A stretch of DNA of 59,256 nt from a virus (Duplodnaviria > Caudoviricetes), in the IMG/VR virus record IMGVR_UViG_3300028025_001698, positions 1-59,256 of that record, one strand, 5' to 3'. The position numbers and the translations under genes are program-made. Shown here piece by piece: positions 28,178 through 37,101 of this stretch. The notes below the pieces were generated by a model. That model was not told the DNA's origin. It was given only the letters and a program-made list of their open reading frames with translations, and did no database searches. The stretch's first letter is position 1; each line of letters begins with the position of its first letter.

Positions 28178-29686
28178 TTAAAGATTAGCGGCATCAAGTC
28201 GTGCCTTGAGTGATTCAATGATTGCTTGTTGTTCTTGGATGCACTTCATCAGCGCATATTGCAAATCTGTTTGGTAGATTGACAAACGCATCTTGGGGGT
28301 TTCATCTTTGCTTGCCCAATTACTTTCCATGACCAACTCAGGTGCAACAGATTGCACATCTTGAGCAATAACACCTAATGTCAGGCCATCATCTTCTTCC
28401 ATGTTTTGGTCAATGTAATTAAATGTCTGAACAGGAATTGCACAAATCTTGTCAAGGTAAGAAGTTGCAGGGGCAAAGTTTGTTTTTTCTCTGCGGTCAG
28501 ACAGGTTAACATTGTTTGCTGAATAGTTAGCAATACCGCCATTAGAACGAACTTCAAATCTTACTGCTGTTGCATCACTTGCAGAATGAAAGAAAAAATC
28601 AGTATTATTAGGTGTTACTGCGCTGTAATTAATTCGCAAACCATAAGGCGTTGAGTTTGTATTTCTAATGTAAGCAACATTGTTTGCAACATTACCTACA
28701 AGTGTAAATGCTGCGCTTGAAATAGTGCTTGTAGTCCCCACCAGAAAGTTACCGCTAGAGTCTATTCTCATGCGTTCTGCCCAAGCAGTGTTGGGGTACT
28801 GCAAGAAGATAATTTCCGAACTTGCCCCCATCTGCATTGTCGCAGCCCATGCGTTCGGGCCAGTGACGCTCTGCATGTAGAAGTTTGGCCCTTGACCAAT
28901 CGTTGAACTTCCATCTGCCCACACAGATATACGAGAACCAGTTGAACCAGTGCTTTGCACACGAAGGCCATTGCTAGTTGCGCTACCAGAGTCAAGCGTC
29001 ATTCGGTAAGTAGTGTCTGTCGTCGTACCGAGCAACAGATTGTTGCTGGCGTTCAGAGTCATCGCCTGAGTAAAGGTGATAGCGTTTCCTGCTGTGCCTG
29101 ATGGGGCTGTGCGCCAAAAGTGACCACCATTTAATTGGTAATAATTAGTTGCTGGAGTTGAAGTTGATTTAATATATTTCCATCCACTAACATACTGAGC
29201 ATTTAGTGATAACTGTAAAGACAACTCATCAGTTGTCATCAGTGATGCAAAATTTGTAATTTGTAAACCAGCAGAAAAAGGAGTTGTCCAAGCACTCGGA
29301 ATAACTCCCAAGCCTAGATTGCCTGAAGTGTCGAGGCGCATACGCTCTGTGCCGTTTGTGCTAAACACCATTGGATGGTTTGTGTCAGTTCTGAGAACTA
29401 CCTCTGTGTCTGTGCAAAGCGCATCAAACTGAACAGGCGTTGTTGTATCAATAATAGTAAGTCGTGGGTTGGCTGACCCACTAATACGAATACCATCTTG
29501 AGAAGTGTTAGAAAGTATGTCTAATTTTTTAGTAGGCGATGCAGTACCAATACCAACATTCTGAGAAGCGTTAATTGTTACCGCAGTAGTATCCGAAGCA
29601 CCAGTTTTTAAAACAAGTGCTCCAGTAGTATCCGAGCTAACAACATAACCAGTTGTTGTGGTTGTTCCTGAAGATATAGAACTCAT
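28178..29686 (-). CDS. Tail fibre with C-terminal intramolecular chaperone (peptidase S74-like)
   Basis: NVGIGT and ERMRxDxSGN repeats; SDRREKTN...GVIAQDV...PELV followed by a coiled coil. Confidence 0.85.
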   Translation of the reverse strand: MSSISSGTTTTTGYVVSSDTTGALVLKTGASDTTAVTINASQNVGIGTASPTKKLDILSNTSQDGIRISGSANPRLTIIDTTTPVQFDALCTDTEVVLRTDTNHPMVFSTNGTERMRLDTSGNLGLGVIPSAWTTPFSAGLQITNFASLMTTDELSLQLSLNAQYVSGWKYIKSTSTPATNYYQLNGGHFWRTAPSGTAGNAITFTQAMTLNASNNLLLGTTTDTTYRMTLDSGSATSNGLRVQSTGSTGSRISVWADGSSTIGQGPNFYMQSVTGPNAWAATMQMGASSEIIFLQYPNTAWAERMRIDSSGNFLVGTTSTISSAAFTLVGNVANNVAYIRNTNSTPYGLRINYSAVTPNNTDFFFHSASDATAVRFEVRSNGGIANYSANNVNLSDRREKTNFAPATSYLDKICAIPVQTFNYIDQNMEEDDGLTLGVIAQDVQSVAPELVMESNWASKDETPKMRLSIYQTDLQYALMKCIQEQQAIIESLKARLDAANL

Positions 29687-29695
29687 ATTTTCTCC

Positions 29696-32059
29696 TTAAA
29701 TAACAACCCAGCGTTGTCCACTAGCTATGTTCACAGAGTATCCACTCTGAATAGTCATTGGTCCAACAGAGAATCCGTTAGAGCCAGCTGCAATAGTTTG
29801 ATTAGTTGATACAGAATCTGCGTTCTGTGTGATAGGACCACCACCAGTAACTACAGTTTCCCATGTTGCTGTTGTACCGTCTGTCTTAAGATATTTATTA
29901 GCATTACCTGTTTGAGAGGGTAGTGCATCTACTGTAGCCCATGATGTTGATGTACCGTCTGTTGTAAGATATTTACCTGTATTACTTGTTTGACTAGGTG
30001 CAAGAGCATTAAACGCAGTATTAGCAGTTGTCTGCCCTGTACCACCATTAGCAATAGCTACTGTGCCTGATACATTACCTGCTGTTAAAGCCGATTGAGC
30101 TGTTTTAGTCCACAAGCTTGTTGAGCTATTATATACAAGAGTATCACCGTTTGTAGGTGACTGAGCTGACACATCATGTAGCTCATCCATCTCATAACCG
30201 TTTTGAATCTTAACTTCAATAGTGCCTTGATTAACGTGGCTATAAGTTACAATACCTACATATACTAAGTGAATAGGTGCGTAAGGTTTAGTGCTTGTAT
30301 AGGTACCTGCAGTAGTTCCGCTAAGATACAACTGAGTACCGTTAGCAAAAGCAGAAGTATTAAGACCACTAACTACACCTGTAACAACTACATAACCGTT
30401 ATTGTTATTAGATATATCTGCTTGTATAACACCAAATGTTTGTGCTGATGTAGCGTCTGCATTAGCTATTGCTTTAGATACAAGAGCTTTGTTGCTTGCA
30501 GCTCCGCTAACATATACAACAGTACCTTTAGTAAGTGTTGCACCAGTTTCATTACGTACTTGAGCAATTAAAGTAGCAGTATTAAGAGCAGTACCTACAG
30601 ACAAGTCTCGTACAGTACCTGTAGGACTAATCACTACACTACCGTCTGCTGATGTAATAGAACTGATAGCATTATCTGCTAATATACCTTGTGCGGCAGT
30701 AGCAAACGCTGTACTGTTTTGAGTAGCCGCAGTACCTAATCCAGAAATGTCTGTGTTAGATAAAGTAATTGCACCTGTACGACCAGCTACGGAAGTAACT
30801 AAGTTAGTCTGATCAATTTTTTGCCATGCTGTACCGTTAAATATAGCCCAGTCACCAATGACCCAGTCTGTGACTCCATCAAGGTTAGTACTACCTGAAA
30901 CAGATACTACATAGTATGTTCCTTGAGTACCTACACCAGATGCAAGTGTTGGTGTATTAGTAGATGCATTCCATGTACCACCATATATAAGACCACCAGT
31001 GAGACTCACCCATTGTGTATCATAATTAGTGCTACTTAATTTAGCAAGAACTTGTCCTGCAGAACCGCCTGTAGCAATTCCTGGGGTGTTCATCCATGCT
31101 GAACCAGTATATACCTTCATGATACTACTGGTTGAATTAAAATACATAGCTCCTGTTATCAGAGCATTACCATCATTGTCTACTGTTGGATCACTGGTCT
31201 TAGCACCAAGATAACGGTCATCAAATGAATCATATGAAGCAGCCGCAGCTGTTGCACTTGCAGATGCACTTGTAGCACTATTGCTTGCGTTTGTAGCCTG
31301 TGTTGTTGCAGTGCTTGCACTTGCCGCAGAGTTAGTTGCTGATGTTGCACTTGCAGATGCACTATTGCTTGCATTAGTTGCATATGTAGATGCATTAGTT
31401 GCTTGGGTAGTAGCTATCCCTGCTTGCGTAGTAGCAATACCCGCTTGTGTAGTTGCTGTTGTTGCGGATGTACTAGCAGACGTAGCTGAGTTAGACGCAT
31501 TAGTTGCCTGTGTTGTAGCAATACCAGCTTGAGTACTAGCAGTAGATGCGCTATTAGCGGCATTAGATGCTTGTGTTGTTGCAATACCTGCTTGAGTAGT
31601 TGCTATACCCGCTTGAGTCGTAGCAGTAGAAGCACTGGTAGCCGCATTAGTAGCCTGTGTAGTGGCTATTCCTGCTTGTGTAGTTGCGGTAGATGCACTG
31701 GTAGCGGCATTAGTAGCTTGCGTAGTAGCAATACCAGCCTGAGTTGTAGCAACTCCCGCCTGTGTTGTAGCCGTAGCCGCACTAGCAGAAGCATTAGAGG
31801 CTTGTGTAGTAGCAATACCCGCTTGTGTAGTCGCTATACCTGCTTGAGTAGTTGCAGTAGTAGCCGCATTTGAAGCGGTAGTAGCAGAACCAGCCGCAGC
31901 TGTTGCTGAGTTTGCAGCCGCAGTTGCACTTGCCGCAGCCGCATCTGCTTGAGCTGCCGCTAGGTTTTCATAACTTGCTGCACTTGTTTCGTCAGTATTG
32001 TCATATTCTCCACCTTTTGAGGCATTAGTAGTAGCTCCTGCTGTTGTAGTATAAGCCAT
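29696..32059 (-). CDS. Long fibre protein with Ala/Thr heptad-repeat stalk
   Basis: ATTQAGI/ATNAATS repeats, YDSFDDRYLGAK, GTWNASTNTPTL, GKYLTTDG. Confidence 0.8.
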   Translation of the reverse strand: MAYTTTAGATTNASKGGEYDNTDETSAASYENLAAAQADAAAASATAAANSATAAAGSATTASNAATTATTQAGIATTQAGIATTQASNASASAATATTQAGVATTQAGIATTQATNAATSASTATTQAGIATTQATNAATSASTATTQAGIATTQAGIATTQASNAANSASTASTQAGIATTQATNASNSATSASTSATTATTQAGIATTQAGIATTQATNASTYATNASNSASASATSATNSAASASTATTQATNASNSATSASASATAAAASYDSFDDRYLGAKTSDPTVDNDGNALITGAMYFNSTSSIMKVYTGSAWMNTPGIATGGSAGQVLAKLSSTNYDTQWVSLTGGLIYGGTWNASTNTPTLASGVGTQGTYYVVSVSGSTNLDGVTDWVIGDWAIFNGTAWQKIDQTNLVTSVAGRTGAITLSNTDISGLGTAATQNSTAFATAAQGILADNAISSITSADGSVVISPTGTVRDLSVGTALNTATLIAQVRNETGATLTKGTVVYVSGAASNKALVSKAIANADATSAQTFGVIQADISNNNNGYVVVTGVVSGLNTSAFANGTQLYLSGTTAGTYTSTKPYAPIHLVYVGIVTYSHVNQGTIEVKIQNGYEMDELHDVSAQSPTNGDTLVYNSSTSLWTKTAQSALTAGNVSGTVAIANGGTGQTTANTAFNALAPSQTSNTGKYLTTDGTSTSWATVDALPSQTGNANKYLKTDGTTATWETVVTGGGPITQNADSVSTNQTIAAGSNGFSVGPMTIQSGYSVNIASGQRWVVI
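31240..31960 (-). repeat. Imperfect 21-nt (7-aa) tandem coding repeats
   Basis: Repeated ATTQAGI, ATTQATN and ASNSATS units inside the fibre gene. Confidence 0.85.
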
Positions 32060-32069
32060 TTATACCTCC

Positions 32070-32984
32070 TTAAATAAGTCCACCTGTGTTAAAATTAACC
32101 TGTACGTTACCGCCAGAAGCCCTACGCCACTTTTCTTCTTTATTCAATGAGAATACATTCTCAGCAAATTTCTTTTCATAACGCTGTTCCATCTTTTCAT
32201 CAAATAGATAAGAACCTAAATTGTATAATGCTCCCCATATAAGGAGTCTTTCGTTTTCGTCTCGTAGCCAGTTAGATACTTCTTTACCAACATAATACTT
32301 TGTAGTAACAGGAGTAGCATAAGCAGTTGCTGATGCAGATGTTGCAAAACATTTTGTTACAGAATTTAATGTAGAAAAGTATAGTGGTGTATCTGTGTTA
32401 ACACCTGTAAGAGTCAAGTAAGGTTGGTTAGCATCAAGCAAACCAATAAGATAGTTAACAGGAATAACTGCATATGTAGCGTCTAAAGCAGGAAGTCTAC
32501 GATAGTAGCTGATCTCTACTTCAGCACCAACAGCTAATTGTGGGTGAATAAAGATCTTACCGTCTTTCCACATCCAGTTATATACTGAATACTTTTCACT
32601 ATACAAGTCAAAGAATGTACGTGAGTCTGTTACTTCATTAAATACTTTACTTACATTTGAAGGAAAAGTAGAGTAAGGAGTTTCAAAATTACTCATTGCC
32701 AGAGTACGCACATAAATAAACTGTATCAAATCTTCTGGAATATCAAAAGATGTGTAGGCATTTCCATAAGGAAGTCCTGCGCTGTTGTCACCTGTATTAT
32801 CACCTGCTTCAACAACGTATGTAACAGTTGCTTCAAGTGGAGGGATTCTTAGTGTACGATAGCACTCATCAGCAGAATAACCTAGGCAATCTTGAATGAC
32901 GCTATCTGGAATAGTATTTACTTCGGGTTTGTTTGACCAGTCACGTACTTTGTCTACGAGTGCGTCATATCGGGGGGTTGCCAT
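32070..32984 (-). CDS. Head-tail adaptor/tail tubular protein
   Basis: Position after the capsid genes; RTLRIPPLE, YYRRLPAL, NWL...LLIWGAL pattern. Confidence 0.65.
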   Translation of the reverse strand: MATPRYDALVDKVRDWSNKPEVNTIPDSVIQDCLGYSADECYRTLRIPPLEATVTYVVEAGDNTGDNSAGLPYGNAYTSFDIPEDLIQFIYVRTLAMSNFETPYSTFPSNVSKVFNEVTDSRTFFDLYSEKYSVYNWMWKDGKIFIHPQLAVGAEVEISYYRRLPALDATYAVIPVNYLIGLLDANQPYLTLTGVNTDTPLYFSTLNSVTKCFATSASATAYATPVTTKYYVGKEVSNWLRDENERLLIWGALYNLGSYLFDEKMEQRYEKKFAENVFSLNKEEKWRRASGGNVQVNFNTGGLI

Positions 32985-33003
32985 AGATTATTCTCCTGTA
33001 AAA

Positions 33004-33327
33004 TCAGAGAGCCTTCACGTTACTTGTTTTAAGCAAAGGATAGTCTGTTTCAATAATTTGTTTTAATCGTCTTACATTTGTGGGTTCCTGCATGAATGTA
33101 TCTGAATGAATATCAAGACCATATTTGGTCAAGATATCAATAGCTACAATATCAGGGATAATTGCAAATGAACGGTATGTCCGACCGTTGGCGGCAAATG
33201 AATCTAATTCTCTTTGTTGTGCTGCATAATCTTTGTATGCACTTACATCTTGTACTAGTTGAAAATTCTCTTCATCAGTTTTAACTTGGAAACTATTTTT
33301 GTTTCCGTCTTGTGATAGAAAGCCCAT
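33004..33327 (-). CDS. Hypothetical head-module protein
   Basis: 107-aa ORF with GAGGA RBS. Confidence 0.7.
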   Translation of the reverse strand: MGFLSQDGNKNSFQVKTDEENFQLVQDVSAYKDYAAQQRELDSFAANGRTYRSFAIIPDIVAIDILTKYGLDIHSDTFMQEPTNVRRLKQIIETDYPLLKTSNVKAL

Positions 33328-33344
33328 GTGTCCTCTTGTATAGT

Positions 33345-33632
33345 TTAGTTAGTCATTGCGGCACTAAAAGCACCGTCAATGGTAAAACAACCGTATTCAT
33401 ATTTTGTGTTAGAGCCGTTGAAAGCTGTAACAGCCGCAACAACAATAGCTCCCGCAGTAGTGTCAGCACCATCATAATATTTTACCTGAGTAATTTTTCC
33501 ACGAATAACATTAGGTGCTCGATAGTCTGAACCAGCGTCCAGAGTATCAGCAGATGTACTAACATTAACTACGTAATTATCAGGAATATATGTTCGAGTA
33601 CCGTTTGTTGCAGTAATTCGTAGAAATTCCAT
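33345..33632 (-). CDS. Hypothetical head-module protein
   Basis: 95-aa beta-rich ORF with AAGGA RBS. Confidence 0.7.
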   Translation of the reverse strand: MEFLRITATNGTRTYIPDNYVVNVSTSADTLDAGSDYRAPNVIRGKITQVKYYDGADTTAGAIVVAAVTAFNGSNTKYEYGCFTIDGAFSAAMTN

Positions 33633-33643
33633 TTGTGTTCCTT

Positions 33644-34027
33644 TTATATTAGGTCTGAAAAGTGTCTGATCCTATGACAATTAGCACATAGTAAAACACA
33701 TTTATCAAGTTCTTGTTTAGCTTTTTCATTTAGGGAAATAGTATCCCGTAGGAAATGAGCAGGTTCTTTGTTTGCTTTTGTAGACGGGTCTGTGTGATGA
33801 AATTCAAATGCAGCCTGATGTACTACTGCTAAACAGTCATTACATTTACCGCCTTTATAAGCAATAGCTTCAGCTTTTAAACTTCTAGATTTTTCTTTTC
33901 GAAAAATAGACCTACATTCTTTACAATCACAATTGTATTTAATACCACTCTTTTTAAGTTTTGTTAGCACAGAAAATTCTGATACCGCTTTGACTTGATT
34001 ACAAGTCCTACAAGTTTTTGTTTCCAT
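33644..34027 (-). CDS. HNH homing endonuclease
   Basis: CxxC pairs, GGKCNDC...FEFHH.DP...KCVLLCANCHRIRH. Confidence 0.88.
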   Translation of the reverse strand: METKTCRTCNQVKAVSEFSVLTKLKKSGIKYNCDCKECRSIFRKEKSRSLKAEAIAYKGGKCNDCLAVVHQAAFEFHHTDPSTKANKEPAHFLRDTISLNEKAKQELDKCVLLCANCHRIRHFSDLI

Positions 34028-34042
34028 AAATTCCTTATCAAT

Positions 34043-34078
34043 AAAAAAGGGGATATGAACTTGTCATACCCCCTTTTT
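34043..34078 (-). terminator. Intrinsic terminator after the capsid gene
   Basis: GGGGTATGA-CAAGT-TCATATCCCC followed by T6 on the - strand. Confidence 0.8.
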
Positions 34079-34134
34079 AAGGTTGTTGAGGTTATTGCTC
34101 CTCAAGAGTAAGTGATCAGCTTACTCTACCTAAA

Positions 34135-35250
34135 TTAGGCACCCGACAGACCGAAAATCATTCCGCATCCTTTTGGATTCCTACATTCCAAAGTACCCTC
34201 TTCAACGATCTGACCGATGATAGAGTCACCAAGCTGACCGAGGTCAACTTCTTGCAGAGGACGCAAGCTAGCGTAGCTGAACCACATTGGGTCATATACG
34301 AATGCTGTAAAGTTAGCCACATCGTTCACACCAGCAACGTTTGTATTAGAAATACCCATTACGTAGTTAGGAACAACCATGATGTCACCGAAGTCAGACA
34401 TGTAGATTTCAACTGACTGACGGAGCTTGCCATCAGCGTCAATATTTCGACGAACGTTAGAATCACCAGTAGAACCTGTAACGGAACCTGCAGACTGAGC
34501 CTTAGCAGAGAACACACGACGGTTAGCAGGAGACAACATCAATTTAGTAGCTTTACCACCGTTTTCATAGATGCCTTGCATAACTGTGTCAACGTGTGAC
34601 AGAGCCAAAGATACCTTGTCACCAGCGATAACGTTAGCGAATGTACCGCAGACACCGCCACCAGGATTAGTAGGAGCAGTATAGTCACCGGGAACAGCCA
34701 ACACGTTTAGTGCTGTAGCAGGAGTTGTAGTAGCAGCAGTGTAGTTAATCCAAGACTGATAGCCACCAAAAGTACGTGTGCCAGAGCCGTTAGAAGATTT
34801 CCAACTGTTCACCAAGTCAAACTCAACGTCACGACGAAGTTCGGTACCACGCTTTTTGAGCTGGTATGCGTATTCATCAGCAACACCTGCTTGGTCAACA
34901 GCACGCTTAGTGCCAGTAACTGTAACAGTCTTGGAGTTGATTTGTGTGTAGTTACCCAAACGTGTACGGAAGGGTTCTGCAGCTTGAGCCGCATTTTGTG
35001 TATTATATGATACACCCTCGGCTACAGGAGCAGAAGTTGGGGGTGCCAACTCGTCTGTTTGCCATTCGTGAAACACAGCCGTAGCTTTAGTCTTGCCAAT
35101 AGACGACAAGAAAGGTGTCTCATCACGAGAGATCATTGAAATAAAATTCGCTAAGTCTTCACGCTCACCAGCGTTGACAGCGTTACCCGTAGCAGCTGCG
35201 CTACGTGCGGCAGCCTTAGGGCCACCTGTTGCAAAAGTTTGTCCAGCCAT
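34135..35250 (-). CDS. Major capsid protein (DUF5309-like)
   Basis: REDLANFI...ETPF...HEWQTDEL...NYTQI...ELRRDVE...YMSDFG; follows the scaffold gene. Confidence 0.9.
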   Translation of the reverse strand: MAGQTFATGGPKAAARSAAATGNAVNAGEREDLANFISMISRDETPFLSSIGKTKATAVFHEWQTDELAPPTSAPVAEGVSYNTQNAAQAAEPFRTRLGNYTQINSKTVTVTGTKRAVDQAGVADEYAYQLKKRGTELRRDVEFDLVNSWKSSNGSGTRTFGGYQSWINYTAATTTPATALNVLAVPGDYTAPTNPGGGVCGTFANVIAGDKVSLALSHVDTVMQGIYENGGKATKLMLSPANRRVFSAKAQSAGSVTGSTGDSNVRRNIDADGKLRQSVEIYMSDFGDIMVVPNYVMGISNTNVAGVNDVANFTAFVYDPMWFSYASLRPLQEVDLGQLGDSIIGQIVEEGTLECRNPKGCGMIFGLSGA

Positions 35251-35275
35251 TTGTTATTTTCCTTTTAGTGAGAAA

Positions 35276-36415
35276 TTAAAGTTTTTTGCTCACTGAAGAA
35301 ATACGTTTTAGAAAATCTAATTCGTCTTGTTTAGATCCTTGACCTGTTAGAACTTTAGTCCGGTTATTATTAACGGCTTGCTTCTCTTTTTGAGAACTCG
35401 AAGTTCCCTTCTTTGAGGGTATCGATTTCACGTTTGGAGATGCCTTTCGTTTTACTTCACCTGTTTCTTTAGCAGTTTTAAGTTTACGATAATCATTGAT
35501 GAACTTAACTACGTTAGGGTCATAGACCGCTTCCAATAGTTGTTCAGGGATACCTTCTTTAATAGCGAACTCACGAATATTCTTAGCAACTTTTTCTGAA
35601 TAGTCAGGAATGAGGTTAACAATGTTTTCCTCATACTGTCTCAGTAACACTTGTTGTTGTTCTATTTGTTGAGCTTGAATCTTTTCAACTACAGCTTTAG
35701 TTTGTTGTTCACGTTTATTGCGTGCATTCCAATACTTTTCCTGTACTTCTTCAAGTTGCTCTTTGAGTTCCCTAGCCGTGTAGGAATCACCTTCTTCTCG
35801 GGCTTTTTCAATTTCGCCTCTGACTTTATGATATTGTTGTGCAAGATTAGATTCAACAGCGGTCAGTTCTTCATTAATAACTGATCCAAGTTGAATAATC
35901 TCTTGTAACTTTTCTGCTCGTTCTTGGTCGATCTGTTTCTTCAGTTCGCCTAGTTCACGCCCCTTTTGAGATAGATGTTGGTCAGTAGAATAACCCTTAC
36001 GGATTTCTTCTAGGGTAACATACTCAGTTTTACCGTCAACTGTGACAGGTACTTTGTATTCCCAATCGATATCATCTTCAGAAGGCAAGTCAGCATTTTG
36101 GGTAGACGTATCATCCTCAGCTGTATTATCTTCTTCTGAATCATTCGATTCTTCTTCTTCATCTAGGTCATTTTCAGACTCGGTATCGTTCTCTTTTTGG
36201 GCTTCTTCTTCCGATACTTCATCTGGACTTGGGACGTCATCGCCTTCTTCTGGTAGAGATTCTTTATTAAGACCCAACAGTTCTGCTGCTGGAGAATTAC
36301 GTAGAATGTCATCAAAGCTCTTCACTTCCAAGTCTGCACTATTCGATCCGTCATCAAAACTCTGGCTACTGATTTCAGAAGCAGGAGTGTTGGTAGAGAG
36401 ATGTGGTAGATTCAT
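35276..36415 (-). CDS. Capsid scaffolding protein
   Basis: Acidic N-terminus, VTVDG...VTLEEIRKGY, coiled coils; between portal and MCP. Confidence 0.85.
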   Translation of the reverse strand: MNLPHLSTNTPASEISSQSFDDGSNSADLEVKSFDDILRNSPAAELLGLNKESLPEEGDDVPSPDEVSEEEAQKENDTESENDLDEEEESNDSEEDNTAEDDTSTQNADLPSEDDIDWEYKVPVTVDGKTEYVTLEEIRKGYSTDQHLSQKGRELGELKKQIDQERAEKLQEIIQLGSVINEELTAVESNLAQQYHKVRGEIEKAREEGDSYTARELKEQLEEVQEKYWNARNKREQQTKAVVEKIQAQQIEQQQVLLRQYEENIVNLIPDYSEKVAKNIREFAIKEGIPEQLLEAVYDPNVVKFINDYRKLKTAKETGEVKRKASPNVKSIPSKKGTSSSQKEKQAVNNNRTKVLTGQGSKQDELDFLKRISSVSKKL

Positions 36416-36436
36416 ATTCTTTTACCTTTGTGTCCG

Positions 36437-36697
36437 TTAGGGAGCAGTGTCTGCGACCCTGTATTGTTTGGCTTCAGCTTTAGCTTTTTTAGCTACAGCC
36501 ATACGTTCAGCGAAGTCACCTTTAGATGGTTCCATCATTCGGTTAACTGCATCAATAGCATTTGTTAAATTAACAAAGGTTGGTGCATAATTCCCTGCTC
36601 GACCTACACCGCCATTTGACCCGCATTGGACCAATTCACGTAGGATTTCTTCTCGTGCTTTCTCAAGCACATCTTTCGCTTTATTTAAATCACTCAT
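36437..36697 (-). CDS. Hypothetical protein
   Basis: ATG 36697 after GAGG RBS. Confidence 0.6.
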   Translation of the reverse strand: MSDLNKAKDVLEKAREEILRELVQCGSNGGVGRAGNYAPTFVNLTNAIDAVNRMMEPSKGDFAERMAVAKKAKAEAKQYRVADTAP

Positions 36698-37055
36698 TAT
36701 TTTCCTCAGACCCCTCTTGGGTATTTTTGTTTTGTTGTTGGATGAACTTGACGTTATTACCGTACATTTCAATACCAACTAACTTCTCTTTAACACTGCC
36801 TAATGCCATAGCGGTATGATACAGGTACTCTCGTTCCTTAGAACAATGAGGCTCTGTCTTTAACCACGTAACAAAAAGGTCAGCTAAAATTTCGCTATAT
36901 GCGTCACCAAAGAATTGTTCACGTTCACGGTGTACAAATTCAGCACGACCTAAAGCTACTTGGGCTTCCCTAAAGGGTTCCACCTTGTACTCATTGGTCT
37001 CATGATTCATCTTAGGCTTAATCTTCGCTTCAAAGCCTTTTCGATATTTATCCAT
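36690..37055 (-). CDS. Hypothetical protein downstream of portal
   Basis: 121-aa helical ORF with EREYLY motif. Confidence 0.7.
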   Translation of the reverse strand: MDKYRKGFEAKIKPKMNHETNEYKVEPFREAQVALGRAEFVHREREQFFGDAYSEILADLFVTWLKTEPHCSKEREYLYHTAMALGSVKEKLVGIEMYGNNVKFIQQQNKNTQEGSEENNE

Positions 37056-37066
37056 AAATTATTTCT

Positions 37067-37093
37067 AGAAAGACTCCCCCATCTCTGAGGGAG
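37067..37093 (-). terminator. GNRA-loop hairpin after portal (weak terminator or processing site)
   Basis: CTCCCTCA-GAGA-TGGGGGAG followed by TCTTTCT on the - strand. Confidence 0.5.
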
Positions 37094-37101
37094 GGTTATT
37101 A

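Noticed and set aside
22749-29686. Diversity-generating retroelement or invertible shufflon acting on fibre genes
   Set aside because: No reverse transcriptase or recombinase. The repeats are diverged at many positions and all cassettes share one orientation.
31240-31960. Possible CRISPR array
   Set aside because: Degenerate in-frame coding heptads with no unique spacers and no cas genes.
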